DNA of 64,000 nucleotides from Escherichia coli (GTDB lineage Bacteria; Pseudomonadota; Gammaproteobacteria; Enterobacterales; Enterobacteriaceae): NCBI RefSeq assembly GCF_002854065.1, contig NZ_CP024147.1; one strand, 5' to 3'. Shown piece by piece: positions 27,682 to 39,142 of this stretch (position 1 is its first letter; each line of letters starts with the position of its first letter). The notes under the pieces were generated by a model. It saw only the letters and a program-made list of their open reading frames with translations, ran no database searches and was not told where the DNA came from. The position numbers and the translations under genes were made by a program.

Positions 27682-28149
27682 ATGTTGAAACGGATAATCT
27701 GGATTCTGTTCTTACTGGGATTAACGGGGGGCTGTGAGCTATTTGCCCATGATGGCACGGTCAACATTAGCGGATCGTTTCGCCATAATACATGCGTGCT
27801 GGCACAGGATAGCAAGCAAATCAATGTGCAGTTAGGCGATGTCTCGCTGACACGTTTTTCTCATGGGAATTATGGCCCGGAGAAATCTTTCATCATTAAT
27901 TTGCAGGATTGCGGAACAGATGTCAGCACGGTTGACGTCACCTTTTCAGGAACCCCCGACGGAGTGCAGAGCGAAATGTTGTCCATTGAAAGTGGTACGG
28001 ATGCAGCCAGCGGGCTGGCAATTGCGATTCTGGATGATGCGAAGATATTGATTCCGCTTAACCAGGCGAGTAAAGACTACAGCCTACATAGCGGTAAGGT
28101 GCCATTAACTTTTTATGCGCAATTGCGACCTGTCAATAGCGATGTGTAG
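27682..28149 (+). CDS. ycbV: Fimbrial-like protein YcbV; alternative upstream ATG at 27634
   Basis: GAAGGAG ribosome-binding site 5-6 nt before ATG 27682; product starts with signal-peptide-like MLKRIIWILFLLGLTGG. Confidence 0.7.
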   Translation: MLKRIIWILFLLGLTGGCELFAHDGTVNISGSFRHNTCVLAQDSKQINVQLGDVSLTRFSHGNYGPEKSFIINLQDCGTDVSTVDVTFSGTPDGVQSEMLSIESGTDAASGLAIAILDDAKILIPLNQASKDYSLHSGKVPLTFYAQLRPVNSDV

Positions 28150-28189
28150 TCTGGTAAAGTGAATGCCAGCGCGACATTTGTACTTCATT

Positions 28190-28900
28190 ATGACTAATAC
28201 GTGGAACAGATTGTCGCTCTTGATTTTCGCCGTTTTATCGCTGCTGGTGGCGGGTGAATTGCAGGCAGGAGTGGTGGTCGGCGGAACGCGATTTATCTTT
28301 CCGGCAGACAGAGAATCGATATCTATTTTACTGACTAATACCAGTCAGGAATCCTGGCTTATTAACAGTAAAATCAACCGCCCAACGCGTTGGGCCGGAG
28401 GTGAAGCGTCGACAGTGCCAGCACCATTACTGGCCGCTCCGCCACTTATTCTCCTGAAGCCCGGTACGACAGGCACGTTGCGCTTGCTGAGAACGGAAAG
28501 CGACATCTTGCCTGTGGATCGCGAAACGCTCTTTGAGTTAAGCATTGCCAGCGTGCCATCCGGCAAAGTTGAAAATCAGAGCGTAAAAGTGGCGATGCGC
28601 TCGGTATTTAAACTGTTCTGGCGACCCGAAGGTTTGCCGGGCGACCCGCTGGAAGCTTATCAACAATTACGCTGGACACGGAAGTCGCAGGGTGTACAAC
28701 TCACTAACCCAACGCCTTATTACATTAACCTGATTCAGGTGAGCGTAAATGGTAAAGCGTTAAGTAATGTGGGAGTTGTGCCGCCTAAAAGCCAGCGTCA
28801 GACAAGCTGGTGTCAGGCAATAGCACCGTGTCATGTTGCCTGGCGGGCGATAAATGATTACGGCGGGTTGAGTGCAAAGAAGGAGCAAAATCTGCCCTGA
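28190..28900 (+). CDS. ycbF: Periplasmic fimbrial chaperone YcbF, 236 aa
   Basis: ATG at 28190 gives MTNTWNRLSLLIFAVLSLLVA signal peptide; PapD-like chaperone. Confidence 0.8.
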   Translation: MTNTWNRLSLLIFAVLSLLVAGELQAGVVVGGTRFIFPADRESISILLTNTSQESWLINSKINRPTRWAGGEASTVPAPLLAAPPLILLKPGTTGTLRLLRTESDILPVDRETLFELSIASVPSGKVENQSVKVAMRSVFKLFWRPEGLPGDPLEAYQQLRWTRKSQGVQLTNPTPYYINLIQVSVNGKALSNVGVVPPKSQRQTSWCQAIAPCHVAWRAINDYGGLSAKKEQNLP

Positions 28901-28908
28901 AACAGGTT

Positions 28909-28926
28909 CGGAAAACGTTTGCGTTT
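28909..28926. promoter_or_regulatory. Candidate PurR operator upstream of pyrD
   Basis: GAAAACGTTTGCGT matches the PurR-box palindrome (reverse complement of ACGCAAACGTTTTC). Confidence 0.5.
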
Positions 28927-29010
28927 TTTTTGCCGCAGGTCAATTCCCTTTTGGTCCGAACTCGCACATAATACGCCCCCGGTTTGCACACCGGGAATCC
29001 AGGAGAGTTC

Positions 29011-30021
29011 ATGTACTACCCCTTCGTTCGTAAAGCCCTTTTCCAGCTCGATCCAGAGCGCGCTCATGAGTTTACTTTTCAGCAATTACGCCGCATTACC
29101 GGAACACCGTTTGAAGCACTGGTGCGGCAGAAAGTGCCTGCAAAACCTGTTAACTGCATGGGCCTGACGTTTAAAAATCCGCTTGGTCTGGCAGCCGGTC
29201 TTGACAAAGACGGGGAGTGCATTGATGCGTTAGGCGCGATGGGATTTGGATCGATCGAGATCGGTACCGTCACGCCACGTCCACAGCCAGGTAATGACAA
29301 GCCGCGTCTCTTTCGTCTGGTAGATGCCGAAGGTTTGATCAACCGTATGGGCTTTAATAATCTTGGCGTTGATAATCTCGTAGAGAACGTAAAAAAGGCC
29401 CATTATGACGGCGTCCTGGGTATTAACATCGGCAAAAATAAAGATACGCCAGTGGAGCATGGCAAAGATGACTATCTGATTTGTATGGAAAAAATCTATG
29501 CCTATGCGGGATATATCGCCATCAATATTTCATCGCCGAATACCCCAGGATTACGCACACTGCAATATGGTGAAGCGCTGGATGATCTCTTAACTGCGAT
29601 TAAAAATAAGCAAAATGATTTGCAAGCGATGCACCATAAATATGTGCCGATCGCAGTGAAGATCGCGCCGGATCTTTCTGAAGAAGAATTGATCCAGGTT
29701 GCCGATAGTTTAGTTCGCCATAATATTGATGGCGTTATTGCAACCAATACCACACTCGATCGTTCTCTGGTTCAGGGAATGAAAAATTGCGATCAAACCG
29801 GTGGCTTAAGTGGTCGTCCGCTTCAGTTAAAAAGCACCGAAATTATTCGCCGCTTGTCACTGGAATTAAACGGTCGCTTACCGATCATCGGTGTTGGCGG
29901 CATCGACTCGGTTATCGCTGCGCGTGAAAAGATTGCTGCGGGTGCCTCACTGGTGCAAATTTATTCTGGTTTTATTTTTAAAGGTCCGCCGCTGATTAAA
30001 GAAATCGTTACCCATATCTAA
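29011..30021 (+). CDS. pyrD: Dihydroorotate dehydrogenase (quinone) PyrD, 336 aa
   Basis: ATG at 29011 gives [21 protein letters not shown]...; track start is 9 codons upstream. Confidence 0.96.
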   Translation: MYYPFVRKALFQLDPERAHEFTFQQLRRITGTPFEALVRQKVPAKPVNCMGLTFKNPLGLAAGLDKDGECIDALGAMGFGSIEIGTVTPRPQPGNDKPRLFRLVDAEGLINRMGFNNLGVDNLVENVKKAHYDGVLGINIGKNKDTPVEHGKDDYLICMEKIYAYAGYIAINISSPNTPGLRTLQYGEALDDLLTAIKNKQNDLQAMHHKYVPIAVKIAPDLSEEELIQVADSLVRHNIDGVIATNTTLDRSLVQGMKNCDQTGGLSGRPLQLKSTEIIRRLSLELNGRLPIIGVGGIDSVIAAREKIAAGASLVQIYSGFIFKGPPLIKEIVTHI

Positions 30022-30194
30022 TTATTTCTTCGAATTCCTCTTTATAAGATAATCAGGGCTTTATTTTCAGCCCTGGTTGTTTTATATTCATCGCTGTTGC
30101 TTATTTAGACATTTTGTACTTTTATTGTTGAGGTTATTAAGCGAAGCGACAATGGATTGTGTTGCTGCGGTTTTATAGGGTAGGGGAGAGGCAG

Positions 30195-30737
30195 ATGCGA
30201 ATTAAACCAGACGATAACTGGCGTTGGTATTACGATGAAGAGCACGATCGTATGATGCTCGATTTAGCCAATGGTATGCTATTTCGCTCACGTTTTGCGC
30301 GCAAGATGTTGACTCCAGATGCCTTTTCTCCCGCAGGCTTTTGCGTTGACGACGCCGCGCTCTATTTCTCTTTTGAAGAAAAGTGCCGCGATTTTAATTT
30401 ATCTAAAGAACAAAAAGCCGAACTGGTGCTGAATGCACTGGTAGCAATTCGCTATCTCAAACCGCAAATGCCGAAAAGCTGGCATTTTGTTTCCCATGGT
30501 GAAATGTGGGTGCCCATGCCGGGGGATGCGGCCTGCGTTTGGTTGAGCGACACTCACGAGCAAGTCAATTTGCTGGTCGTTGAATCTGGCGAGAATGCCG
30601 CGCTATGTCTGCTAGCCCAACCCTGCGTTGTTATTGCGGGTCGCGCGATGCAGTTGGGCGACGCCATTAAAATCATGAACGACAGGCTGAAACCGCAGGT
30701 TAATGTTGACAGCTTCAGCCTCGAACAGGCAGTCTAA
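30195..30737 (+). CDS. zapC: Cell division protein ZapC (YcbW), 180 aa
   Basis: ATG at 30195 gives [24 protein letters not shown]...; track start 30159 is TTG. Confidence 0.9.
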   Translation: MRIKPDDNWRWYYDEEHDRMMLDLANGMLFRSRFARKMLTPDAFSPAGFCVDDAALYFSFEEKCRDFNLSKEQKAELVLNALVAIRYLKPQMPKSWHFVSHGEMWVPMPGDAACVWLSDTHEQVNLLVVESGENAALCLLAQPCVVIAGRAMQLGDAIKIMNDRLKPQVNVDSFSLEQAV

Positions 30738-31843
30738 CGCGCCAACTTAAGTGCAGTCTTCGGTACACAGCTACAGCAAAGAATGGTGCCATCATCGCCC
30801 ATTGCTGATTTTTTCAGCGGCGTGACTTCGCCTTCTAAAAGCTGAACACGGCAACTTCCACAAATGCCCGCGCGGCAAGAATAAGGGATACGAATTCCCT
30901 GATTTTCTAATTGCTCCAGCAACACTTGTTGGTTATTTCCACGAAATGCCTGTCCCTGCCAGTCAATATCTACATTTGCGTCCGGTTGTTGCGTGATGTT
31001 GGCGGTATCATCAGCGGCAGCTGCGCCGTAAATTTTTGCCGGAGCCGTTGCCAGAATTTCCACCTCATCGCCAACGCGAATCACGCCGCTATTACGGGCA
31101 ATTAAATTCTGACCAAAATCGACATCGCCGTTATCCTGGGCAGTGCGGAAAGATTGCAATGTTTTTAATGGTTCGCCTGCCGGATGTTTTTGCCCTTTTT
31201 CTGGGCTGACGGTGGTGAAAATACAGCGGCTACAAGGTTTAACCACATCAAACACCACATCACCAATGCGAATCACTTTCCAGCGATCTTCTTCCCAGGC
31301 TGACGCGCCGGAAACCACCAGATTGGGGCGGAATTGCTCCATTTTTACACTGGCCGGACAACGTTGTTGGAGATCACGTAACGAGGCTTCGTTAGCAAGA
31401 AGGTAAGGATAGCCATCAGCAAATGACAGAGGTACAGTGTTGTGGCGTTTCACGCGCCGGGTCATTTGTGGCCCCACCCAGCGTAATTGCACTTCGCGGG
31501 AGAAAAATCCACTTAGCCATTTGTTGATCGCGTCTGGCGCAATTCGCGCGGTAAAATGTGTGCCCCAAACTTCGGTTGGTGCGTCTTGTGTGGCGAAATC
31601 AGCAAAACGAACATATGCGCTACTGCCATCTGGTGCGGTGAGATGCAAGCCATCATGCACAGGTGAAGGAGTAAACCGTACCATCTGGGGAAACTGGCGA
31701 GCGGTAATAAACGTACCATCAGGTTCCGTGATCATAAAGATGCGATCGAAGGCCAGACCACTGACATCTGCCAGGGTATGTGTAAGACCAATGCCGCGCA
31801 TCGATTTAACAGGATGAATAAAAAGCCGGGTTAATGTCGCCAC
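30734..31843 (-). CDS. ycbX: MOSC-domain 2Fe-2S protein YcbX, 369 aa
   Basis: N-terminal MOSC beta-barrel, C-terminal ferredoxin-like Cys cluster (CRAGICGSC); 4-nt overlap with convergent zapC end. Confidence 0.9.
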   Translation of the reverse strand: MATLTRLFIHPVKSMRGIGLTHTLADVSGLAFDRIFMITEPDGTFITARQFPQMVRFTPSPVHDGLHLTAPDGSSAYVRFADFATQDAPTEVWGTHFTARIAPDAINKWLSGFFSREVQLRWVGPQMTRRVKRHNTVPLSFADGYPYLLANEASLRDLQQRCPASVKMEQFRPNLVVSGASAWEEDRWKVIRIGDVVFDVVKPCSRCIFTTVSPEKGQKHPAGEPLKTLQSFRTAQDNGDVDFGQNLIARNSGVIRVGDEVEILATAPAKIYGAAAADDTANITQQPDANVDIDWQGQAFRGNNQQVLLEQLENQGIRIPYSCRAGICGSCRVQLLEGEVTPLKKSAMGDDGTILCCSCVPKTALKLAR

Positions 31844-32086
31844 GGTGTGGTCCTCAAATGAAAATAAGCCCTCAACTTTATGACATGACGCGCTTATTAG
31901 CTATAATGCGCAACAATTTTCTTAGCGCCTGTCCCATTAGGCTATTTTATTTGTCAGTTTGGCCCTGGGTTGTGCTCGAAATCCTCACGTACTTGTGTAC
32001 GCTCCGGTTTCTCCGCGCTGTCCATGTCCAGACTGACTGCAACAATTACGCCTACTGCGGTAGGCTCTTAGAGTAAAAGTGACGAT

Positions 32087-34195
32087 ATGAATTCTCTGTT
32101 TGCCAGTACGGCCCGTGGGCTGGAAGAGCTGTTAAAAACTGAACTGGAAAACCTGGGGGCCGTTGAATGCCAGGTGGTTCAGGGTGGGGTCCATTTCAAG
32201 GGCGACACACGGCTTGTTTACCAGAGCCTGATGTGGAGCCGCCTGGCCTCGCGTATTATGTTGCCGCTGGGCGAGTGTAAGGTTTACAGCGATTTAGACC
32301 TCTATCTCGGTGTTCAGGCGATCAACTGGACAGAGATGTTTAATCCTGGCGCGACCTTCGCTGTCCACTTCAGTGGTTTGAATGACACCATCCGCAACAG
32401 TCAGTACGGTGCGATGAAAGTGAAAGACGCGATCGTCGATGCTTTCACGCGGAAAAATCTGCCGCGTCCAAATGTTGATCGCGATGCGCCGGATATCTGC
32501 GTTAACGTCTGGCTGCATAAAGAAACCGCCAGTATCGCTCTTGATCTGAGTGGTGATGGTTTACATCTGCGTGGCTATCGCGATCGTGCTGGTATTGCGC
32601 CGATCAAAGAAACCCTGGCAGCCGCTATTGTGATGCGATCCGGCTGGCAGCCAAGAACACCGCTGCTCGATCCGATGTGTGGTTCCGGTACGTTGCTGAT
32701 TGAAGCGGCGATGCTGGCGACCGATCGCGCACCAGGCTTGCACCGTGGGCGTTGGGGCTTTAGCGGCTGGGCGCAGCATGATGAAGCTATCTGGCAGGAA
32801 GTGAAAGCGGAAGCGCAAACTCGCGCACGTAAAGGCCTGGCTGAGTATAGCTCTCATCTTTACGGTTCGGACAGCGACGCACGGGTGATTCAACGTGCAC
32901 GCACTAACGCCCGTCTTGCGGGGATTGGTGAACTGATCACCTTTGAGGTGAAAGATGTCGCGCAACTGACCAATCCGCTGCCGAAAGGGCCGTACGGCAC
33001 AGTGTTAAGCAACCCGCCATACGGGGAACGTCTGGACAGCGAACCGGCGCTGATTGCGCTGCATAGCCTGCTGGGTCGGATCATGAAAAACCAGTTTGGT
33101 GGCTGGAATCTCTCTTTGTTTAGTGCCTCGCCGGATCTGCTAAGCTGCTTGCAGCTGCGTGCAGACAAACAGTACAAGGCGAAAAACGGCCCGCTGGACT
33201 GCGTACAGAAAAATTACCACGTTGCCGAAAGCACTCCAGACAGCAAACCGGCGATGGTAGCGGAAGACTACGCCAACCGCCTGCGTAAGAACCTCAAAAA
33301 ATTCGAGAAGTGGGCTCGCCAGGAAGGAATTGAATGTTACCGCCTGTATGACGCCGATCTGCCGGAATATAACGTTGCCGTTGACCGTTATGCCGACTGG
33401 GTGGTGGTGCAGGAGTATGCACCGCCAAAAACTATTGATGCTCACAAAGCGCGTCAGCGTCTGTTCGATATTATCGCTGCAACCATTTCGGTACTGGGGA
33501 TTGCGCCAAACAAACTGGTGCTGAAAACCCGTGAACGCCAGAAGGGCAAAAACCAGTACCAGAAACTGGGCGAGAAGGGCGAGTTTCTTGAAGTTACCGA
33601 ATATAACGCTCACTTGTGGGTGAACCTGACGGATTATCTCGATACTGGTCTGTTCCTCGATCACCGTATCGCCCGCCGTATGCTCGGTCAGATGAGCAAA
33701 GGCAAAGATTTCCTCAACCTGTTTTCTTATACCGGCAGCGCCACCGTGCATGCGGGATTAGGCGGTGCACGCAGCACCACCACCGTGGATATGTCGCGTA
33801 CTTATCTGGAGTGGGCAGAACGCAACCTGCGTCTGAATGGCCTAACCGGGCGTGCGCATCGCCTGATTCAGGCCGATTGCCTGGCGTGGCTGCGTGAGGC
33901 AAATGAACAGTTCGATCTGATCTTTATCGATCCGCCAACCTTCTCTAACTCTAAACGAATGGAAGATGCGTTTGATGTTCAGCGCGATCATCTGGCGCTG
34001 ATGAAAGATTTGAAACGTCTGCTGCGTGCAGGTGGGACGATCATGTTCTCGAACAACAAACGTGGCTTCCGTATGGATCTCGACGGCCTGGCAAAACTGG
34101 GACTGAAAGCACAAGAAATTACGCAAAAAACGCTCTCCCAGGATTTCGCCCGTAACCGCCAGATCCACAACTGCTGGCTGATTACCGCAGCCTGA
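32087..34195 (+). CDS. rlmL: Bifunctional 23S rRNA methyltransferase RlmKL (YcbY), 702 aa
   Basis: THUMP domain plus two SAM-dependent methyltransferase domains (NPPYGERL motif). Confidence 0.93.
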   Translation: MNSLFASTARGLEELLKTELENLGAVECQVVQGGVHFKGDTRLVYQSLMWSRLASRIMLPLGECKVYSDLDLYLGVQAINWTEMFNPGATFAVHFSGLNDTIRNSQYGAMKVKDAIVDAFTRKNLPRPNVDRDAPDICVNVWLHKETASIALDLSGDGLHLRGYRDRAGIAPIKETLAAAIVMRSGWQPRTPLLDPMCGSGTLLIEAAMLATDRAPGLHRGRWGFSGWAQHDEAIWQEVKAEAQTRARKGLAEYSSHLYGSDSDARVIQRARTNARLAGIGELITFEVKDVAQLTNPLPKGPYGTVLSNPPYGERLDSEPALIALHSLLGRIMKNQFGGWNLSLFSASPDLLSCLQLRADKQYKAKNGPLDCVQKNYHVAESTPDSKPAMVAEDYANRLRKNLKKFEKWARQEGIECYRLYDADLPEYNVAVDRYADWVVVQEYAPPKTIDAHKARQRLFDIIAATISVLGIAPNKLVLKTRERQKGKNQYQKLGEKGEFLEVTEYNAHLWVNLTDYLDTGLFLDHRIARRMLGQMSKGKDFLNLFSYTGSATVHAGLGGARSTTTVDMSRTYLEWAERNLRLNGLTGRAHRLIQADCLAWLREANEQFDLIFIDPPTFSNSKRMEDAFDVQRDHLALMKDLKRLLRAGGTIMFSNNKRGFRMDLDGLAKLGLKAQEITQKTLSQDFARNRQIHNCWLITAA

Positions 34196-34206
34196 AAGGA
34201 ATAGTA

Positions 34207-36114
34207 ATGTCATTAATCAGTATGCATGGCGCATGGCTGTCGTTCAGCGACGCGCCGCTTCTCGATAACGCAGAACTGCATATCGAAGATAACGAACGTG
34301 TTTGTCTGGTGGGCCGCAACGGCGCAGGCAAATCGACGTTAATGAAAATCCTCAACCGTGAACAAGGGCTGGATGACGGTCGCATTATTTACGAGCAGGA
34401 TTTGATTGTAGCGCGTCTGCAACAGGATCCGCCGCGTAACGTTGAGGGTAGTGTTTATGATTTCGTTGCCGAAGGCATTGAAGAACAAGCGGAATACCTG
34501 AAACGCTATCACGATATTTCGCGCCTGGTGATGAACGACCCGAGCGAGAAAAATCTCAACGAACTGGCAAAGGTTCAGGAACAGCTGGATCACCACAACC
34601 TGTGGCAGCTGGAAAACCGCATCAACGAAGTGCTGGCGCAACTGGGGTTAGATCCTAATGTTGCGCTGTCGTCGCTTTCCGGCGGCTGGTTGCGTAAAGC
34701 GGCATTAGGACGCGCGCTGGTGAGCAATCCGCGCGTATTGCTGCTCGACGAACCGACTAACCACCTGGATATCGAAACCATCGACTGGCTGGAAGGGTTC
34801 CTTAAAACCTTCAATGGGACGATTATTTTCATCTCCCACGACCGTTCGTTTATCCGCAATATGGCGACGCGCATTGTTGATCTCGATCGCGGCAAGCTGG
34901 TGACCTATCCGGGCAATTACGATCAGTACCTGCTGGAAAAAGAAGAAGCCCTGCGCGTGGAAGAACTACAAAATGCCGAGTTCGATCGCAAACTGGCGCA
35001 GGAAGAAGTGTGGATTCGCCAGGGGATCAAAGCACGCCGTACCCGTAATGAAGGCCGCGTACGCGCCCTGAAAGCGATGCGTCGCGAGCGTGGCGAACGT
35101 CGCGAAGTGATGGGTACCGCAAAGATGCAGGTGGAAGAGGCCAGCCGCTCCGGTAAGATCGTTTTCGAAATGGAAGACGTTTGCTACCAGGTTGACGGAA
35201 AGCAACTGGTGAAAGATTTTTCTGCCCAGGTTCTACGTGGCGACAAAATTGCCCTGATTGGTCCGAATGGGTGCGGCAAAACCACGCTGCTGAAACTGAT
35301 GCTCGGTCAGCTTCAAGCGGACAGCGGACGTATTCACGTTGGCACCAAACTGGAAGTGGCTTATTTCGATCAGCACCGTGCGGAACTGGATCCCGATAAA
35401 ACGGTGATGGATAACCTTGCCGAAGGTAAGCAAGAGGTGATGGTTAACGGCAAGCCACGCCACGTATTGGGCTATTTGCAGGACTTTCTGTTCCATCCGA
35501 AACGGGCGATGACGCCGGTACGTGCGCTTTCTGGCGGTGAGCGGAACCGCTTGCTGCTGGCGCGTTTGTTCCTCAAACCAAGCAACTTATTGATTCTTGA
35601 CGAACCGACCAACGATCTTGATGTCGAAACGCTGGAACTGCTGGAAGAACTGATCGACAGCTACCAGGGCACGGTATTGCTGGTTAGCCACGATCGTCAG
35701 TTTGTCGATAACACCGTTACAGAATGCTGGATCTTCGAAGGCGGCGGTAAAATTGGTCGTTATGTCGGCGGTTATCATGATGCCCGTGGTCAGCAAGAGC
35801 AGTATGTGGCGCTCAAACAGCCTGCGGTGAAGAAAAACGAAGAACCCGCCGCGCCAAAAGCAGAAACTGTAAAACGCAGCAGTAGCAAACTAAGCTATAA
35901 ATTGCAGCGCGAACTGGAGCAGCTACCGCAATTGCTCGAAGATCTGGAGGCGAAGCTGGAAGCCCTACAGACGCAGGTGGCGGATGCTTCCTTCTTCAGT
36001 CAGCCGCATGAGCAGACGCAAAAAGTGCTCGCTGATATGGCTGCCGCAGAACAGGAACTGGAGCAAGCCTTTGAACGCTGGGAGTATCTTGAAGCGTTAA
36101 AAAATGGTGGCTGA
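34207..36114 (+). CDS. uup: ABC-F family ATPase Uup, 635 aa
   Basis: Two ABC cassettes (GRNGAGKST and GPNGCGKTT Walker A, LSGG signatures) and C-terminal coiled coil. Confidence 0.95.
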   Translation: MSLISMHGAWLSFSDAPLLDNAELHIEDNERVCLVGRNGAGKSTLMKILNREQGLDDGRIIYEQDLIVARLQQDPPRNVEGSVYDFVAEGIEEQAEYLKRYHDISRLVMNDPSEKNLNELAKVQEQLDHHNLWQLENRINEVLAQLGLDPNVALSSLSGGWLRKAALGRALVSNPRVLLLDEPTNHLDIETIDWLEGFLKTFNGTIIFISHDRSFIRNMATRIVDLDRGKLVTYPGNYDQYLLEKEEALRVEELQNAEFDRKLAQEEVWIRQGIKARRTRNEGRVRALKAMRRERGERREVMGTAKMQVEEASRSGKIVFEMEDVCYQVDGKQLVKDFSAQVLRGDKIALIGPNGCGKTTLLKLMLGQLQADSGRIHVGTKLEVAYFDQHRAELDPDKTVMDNLAEGKQEVMVNGKPRHVLGYLQDFLFHPKRAMTPVRALSGGERNRLLLARLFLKPSNLLILDEPTNDLDVETLELLEELIDSYQGTVLLVSHDRQFVDNTVTECWIFEGGGKIGRYVGGYHDARGQQEQYVALKQPAVKKNEEPAAPKAETVKRSSSKLSYKLQRELEQLPQLLEDLEAKLEALQTQVADASFFSQPHEQTQKVLADMAAAEQELEQAFERWEYLEALKNGG

Positions 36115-36243
36115 TCGCAAAATAGTCGATTTAAACAGAGACAGCTGACAACGGTAGAATTGCCTGATGCACTGGGTTTATCAGGCATGAAAACCAACAC
36201 TTTGTTAGTCATCTGTAAAATAGCGCATCATTAAGGAGTACCA

Positions 36244-37497
36244 ATGTGCGAACATCATCATGCCGCGAAGCACATCCTGTGCTCGCAGTGTGACATGCTG
36301 GTGGCGTTACCGCGCCTTGAGCATGGTCAGAAAGCGGCATGTCCCCGGTGTGGCACAACGTTAACCGTGGCGTGGGATGCCCCTCGGCAGCGTCCTACCG
36401 CCTATGCGTTGGCTGCACTGTTCATGCTGTTGCTGTCCAACTTGTTTCCTTTTGTGAATATGAACGTTGCAGGAGTTACCAGTGAAATTACATTACTGGA
36501 AATTCCCGGCGTGCTTTTTTCTGAGGACTACGCCAGCCTCGGCACCTTTTTCCTGTTGTTTGTGCAACTGGTTCCCGCGTTTTGTCTGATAACCATTCTG
36601 TTACTGGTGAATCGCGCGGAATTACCGGTCCGTTTAAAAGAGCAACTGGCACGGGTGCTTTTTCAACTCAAAACCTGGGGAATGGCGGAGATTTTCCTCG
36701 CGGGTGTGCTGGTCAGTTTCGTTAAACTGATGGCTTACGGCAGCATTGGCGTAGGCAGCAGCTTTCTCCCCTGGTGTTTATTTTGTGTCCTGCAACTGCG
36801 TGCTTTTCAGTGCGTTGATCGTCGCTGGTTATGGGACGATATCGCCCCGATGCCAGAACTGCGCCAGCCGCTAAAACCAGGCGTCACGGGGATACGTCAG
36901 GGGCTGCGTTCGTGCTCCTGTTGTACGGCAATCCTTCCTGCTGATGAACCCGTGTGCCCGCGCTGTGGTACTAAAGGGTACGTTCGACGTAGAAACAGCC
37001 TGCAATGGACACTCGCGCTGCTTGTTACGTCCATCATGCTGTATCTTCCGGCTAATATTTTGCCCATCATGGTGACGGATTTATTAGGCTCGAAGATGCC
37101 GTCGACGATTCTCGCTGGGGTCATCCTGTTATGGAGCGAAGGCTCTTATCCCGTCGCTGCGGTGATCTTTCTGGCCAGTATTATGGTGCCAACGTTAAAG
37201 ATGATCGCCATCGCGTGGCTGTGTTGGGATGCCAAAGGGCATGGCAAGCGCGACAGTGAAAGAATGCATTTGATTTATGAAGTTGTTGAGTTTGTAGGCC
37301 GCTGGTCGATGATTGACGTTTTCGTTATCGCGGTGCTCTCGGCGCTGGTGCGTATGGGAGGTTTAATGAGTATTTATCCGGCAATGGGTGCATTAATGTT
37401 TGCTTTAGTCGTCATAATGACAATGTTTTCTGCTATGACGTTTGACCCGCGTTTGTCGTGGGATCGTCAACCTGAATCAGAGCATGAGGAGTCCTGA
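36244..37497 (+). CDS. pqiA: Paraquat-inducible inner membrane protein PqiA, 417 aa
   Basis: Duplicated membrane module with CxxC pairs (CSQCDM...CPRCG). Confidence 0.9.
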   Translation: MCEHHHAAKHILCSQCDMLVALPRLEHGQKAACPRCGTTLTVAWDAPRQRPTAYALAALFMLLLSNLFPFVNMNVAGVTSEITLLEIPGVLFSEDYASLGTFFLLFVQLVPAFCLITILLLVNRAELPVRLKEQLARVLFQLKTWGMAEIFLAGVLVSFVKLMAYGSIGVGSSFLPWCLFCVLQLRAFQCVDRRWLWDDIAPMPELRQPLKPGVTGIRQGLRSCSCCTAILPADEPVCPRCGTKGYVRRRNSLQWTLALLVTSIMLYLPANILPIMVTDLLGSKMPSTILAGVILLWSEGSYPVAAVIFLASIMVPTLKMIAIAWLCWDAKGHGKRDSERMHLIYEVVEFVGRWSMIDVFVIAVLSALVRMGGLMSIYPAMGALMFALVVIMTMFSAMTFDPRLSWDRQPESEHEES

Positions 37498-37501
37498 CAG
37501 T

Positions 37502-39142
37502 ATGGAATCTAATAATGGGGAAGCCAAAATCCAGAAAGTGAAGAACTGGTCTCCCGTGTGGATATTTCCTATCGTCACGGCGCTCATTGGGGCCTGGGTT
37601 CTTTTTTATCATTACAGCCATCAGGGACCGGAAGTGACCCTGATCACCGCGAATGCGGAAGGAATTGAAGGTGGCAAAACCACCATTAAAAGCCGTAGCG
37701 TTGACGTCGGCGTGGTTGAAAGCGCCACACTCGCTGATGATTTGACACACGTTGAAATCAAAGCGCGGCTGAATTCCGGTATGGAAAAATTGCTGCATAA
37801 AGATACCGTCTTTTGGGTGGTGAAACCGCAGATTGGTCGAGAAGGGATTAGCGGTCTGGGAACCCTGCTGTCTGGGGTTTATATCGAACTGCAGCCAGGC
37901 GCGAAAGGCAGCAAAATGGATAAATACGATTTGCTGGACTCGCCACCGTTGGCCCCGCCTGATGCGAAAGGTATCCGTGTGATTCTCGATAGCAAAAAAG
38001 CCGGGCAGCTCTCGCCAGGAGATCCGGTGCTGTTCCGTGGCTATCGGGTAGGTTCGGTTGAAACCAGCACCTTCGATACGCAAAAACGCAATATCAGTTA
38101 TCAACTGTTCATCAATGCACCTTATGACCGACTGGTGACCAGCAATGTTCGCTTCTGGAAAGATAGTGGCATTGCGGTTGATCTGACGTCAGCGGGAATG
38201 CGTGTGGAGATGGGCTCATTGACAACGCTGCTGAGTGGCGGTGTCAGCTTTGATGTGCCGGAAGGTCTGGATTTAGGGCAGCCAGTGGCACCGAAAACAG
38301 CTTTCGTTTTGTATGATGATCAGAAGAGCATTCAGGATTCGTTGTACACCGATCACATTGATTATCTGATGTTCTTTAAAGATTCGGTACGCGGTCTGCA
38401 ACCGGGAGCTCCGGTAGAATTCCGGGGTATTCGCCTGGGTACCGTAAGCAAAGTGCCATTCTTTGCGCCGAATATGCGTCAGACATTTAACGATGATTAC
38501 CGTATTCCGGTGCTGATTCGTATCGAGCCAGAGCGGCTGAAAATGCAGCTTGGCGAAAATGCGGATGTTGTTGAGCACCTTGGCGAATTGTTGAAACGTG
38601 GTTTACGCGGATCGCTGAAAACCGGAAACCTGGTCACTGGCGCACTGTATGTTGATCTCGATTTCTATCCAAATACGCCTGCAATAACCGGTATTCGTGA
38701 ATTTAATGGTTATCAGATTATCCCGACCGTTAGTGGCGGCCTGGCGCAAATCCAGCAACGACTGATGGAAGCGTTGGATAAGATCAACAAACTGCCATTG
38801 AATCCGATGATTGAACAGGCAACCAGTACGCTTTCTGAAAGTCAACGCACAATGAAAAACCTGCAAACGACGCTGGATAGCATGAACAAGATCCTCGCCA
38901 GCCAGTCGATGCAGCAGTTGCCGACGGATATGCAGTCAACGTTGCGTGAATTGAATCGCAGCATGCAGGGCTTCCAGCCTGGCTCCGCAGCCTACAACAA
39001 GATGGTGGCGGATATGCAGCGCCTTGATCAGGTGTTGCGAGAACTGCAACCGGTGCTGAAAACGCTCAATGAGAAGAGTAACGCGCTGGTATTTGAAGCG
39101 AAGGACAAAAAAGATCCAGAGCCGAAGAGGGCGAAACAATGA
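37502..39142 (+). CDS. pqiB: MCE-domain intermembrane transport protein PqiB, 546 aa
   Basis: ATG at 37502 gives MESNNGEAKIQKVKNWSPVWIFP...; three tandem MCE domains and C-terminal helix. Confidence 0.9.
   Translation: MESNNGEAKIQKVKNWSPVWIFPIVTALIGAWVLFYHYSHQGPEVTLITANAEGIEGGKTTIKSRSVDVGVVESATLADDLTHVEIKARLNSGMEKLLHKDTVFWVVKPQIGREGISGLGTLLSGVYIELQPGAKGSKMDKYDLLDSPPLAPPDAKGIRVILDSKKAGQLSPGDPVLFRGYRVGSVETSTFDTQKRNISYQLFINAPYDRLVTSNVRFWKDSGIAVDLTSAGMRVEMGSLTTLLSGGVSFDVPEGLDLGQPVAPKTAFVLYDDQKSIQDSLYTDHIDYLMFFKDSVRGLQPGAPVEFRGIRLGTVSKVPFFAPNMRQTFNDDYRIPVLIRIEPERLKMQLGENADVVEHLGELLKRGLRGSLKTGNLVTGALYVDLDFYPNTPAITGIREFNGYQIIPTVSGGLAQIQQRLMEALDKINKLPLNPMIEQATSTLSESQRTMKNLQTTLDSMNKILASQSMQQLPTDMQSTLRELNRSMQGFQPGSAAYNKMVADMQRLDQVLRELQPVLKTLNEKSNALVFEAKDKKDPEPKRAKQ

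Noticed and set aside
31834-32076. 80-aa ORF spanning the ycbX-rlmL intergenic region
   Set aside because: Overlaps the ycbX start and the divergent promoter region; no ribosome-binding site or conserved features.
33140-33751. 203-aa ORF on the minus strand
   Set aside because: Antisense inside rlmL; no independent support.
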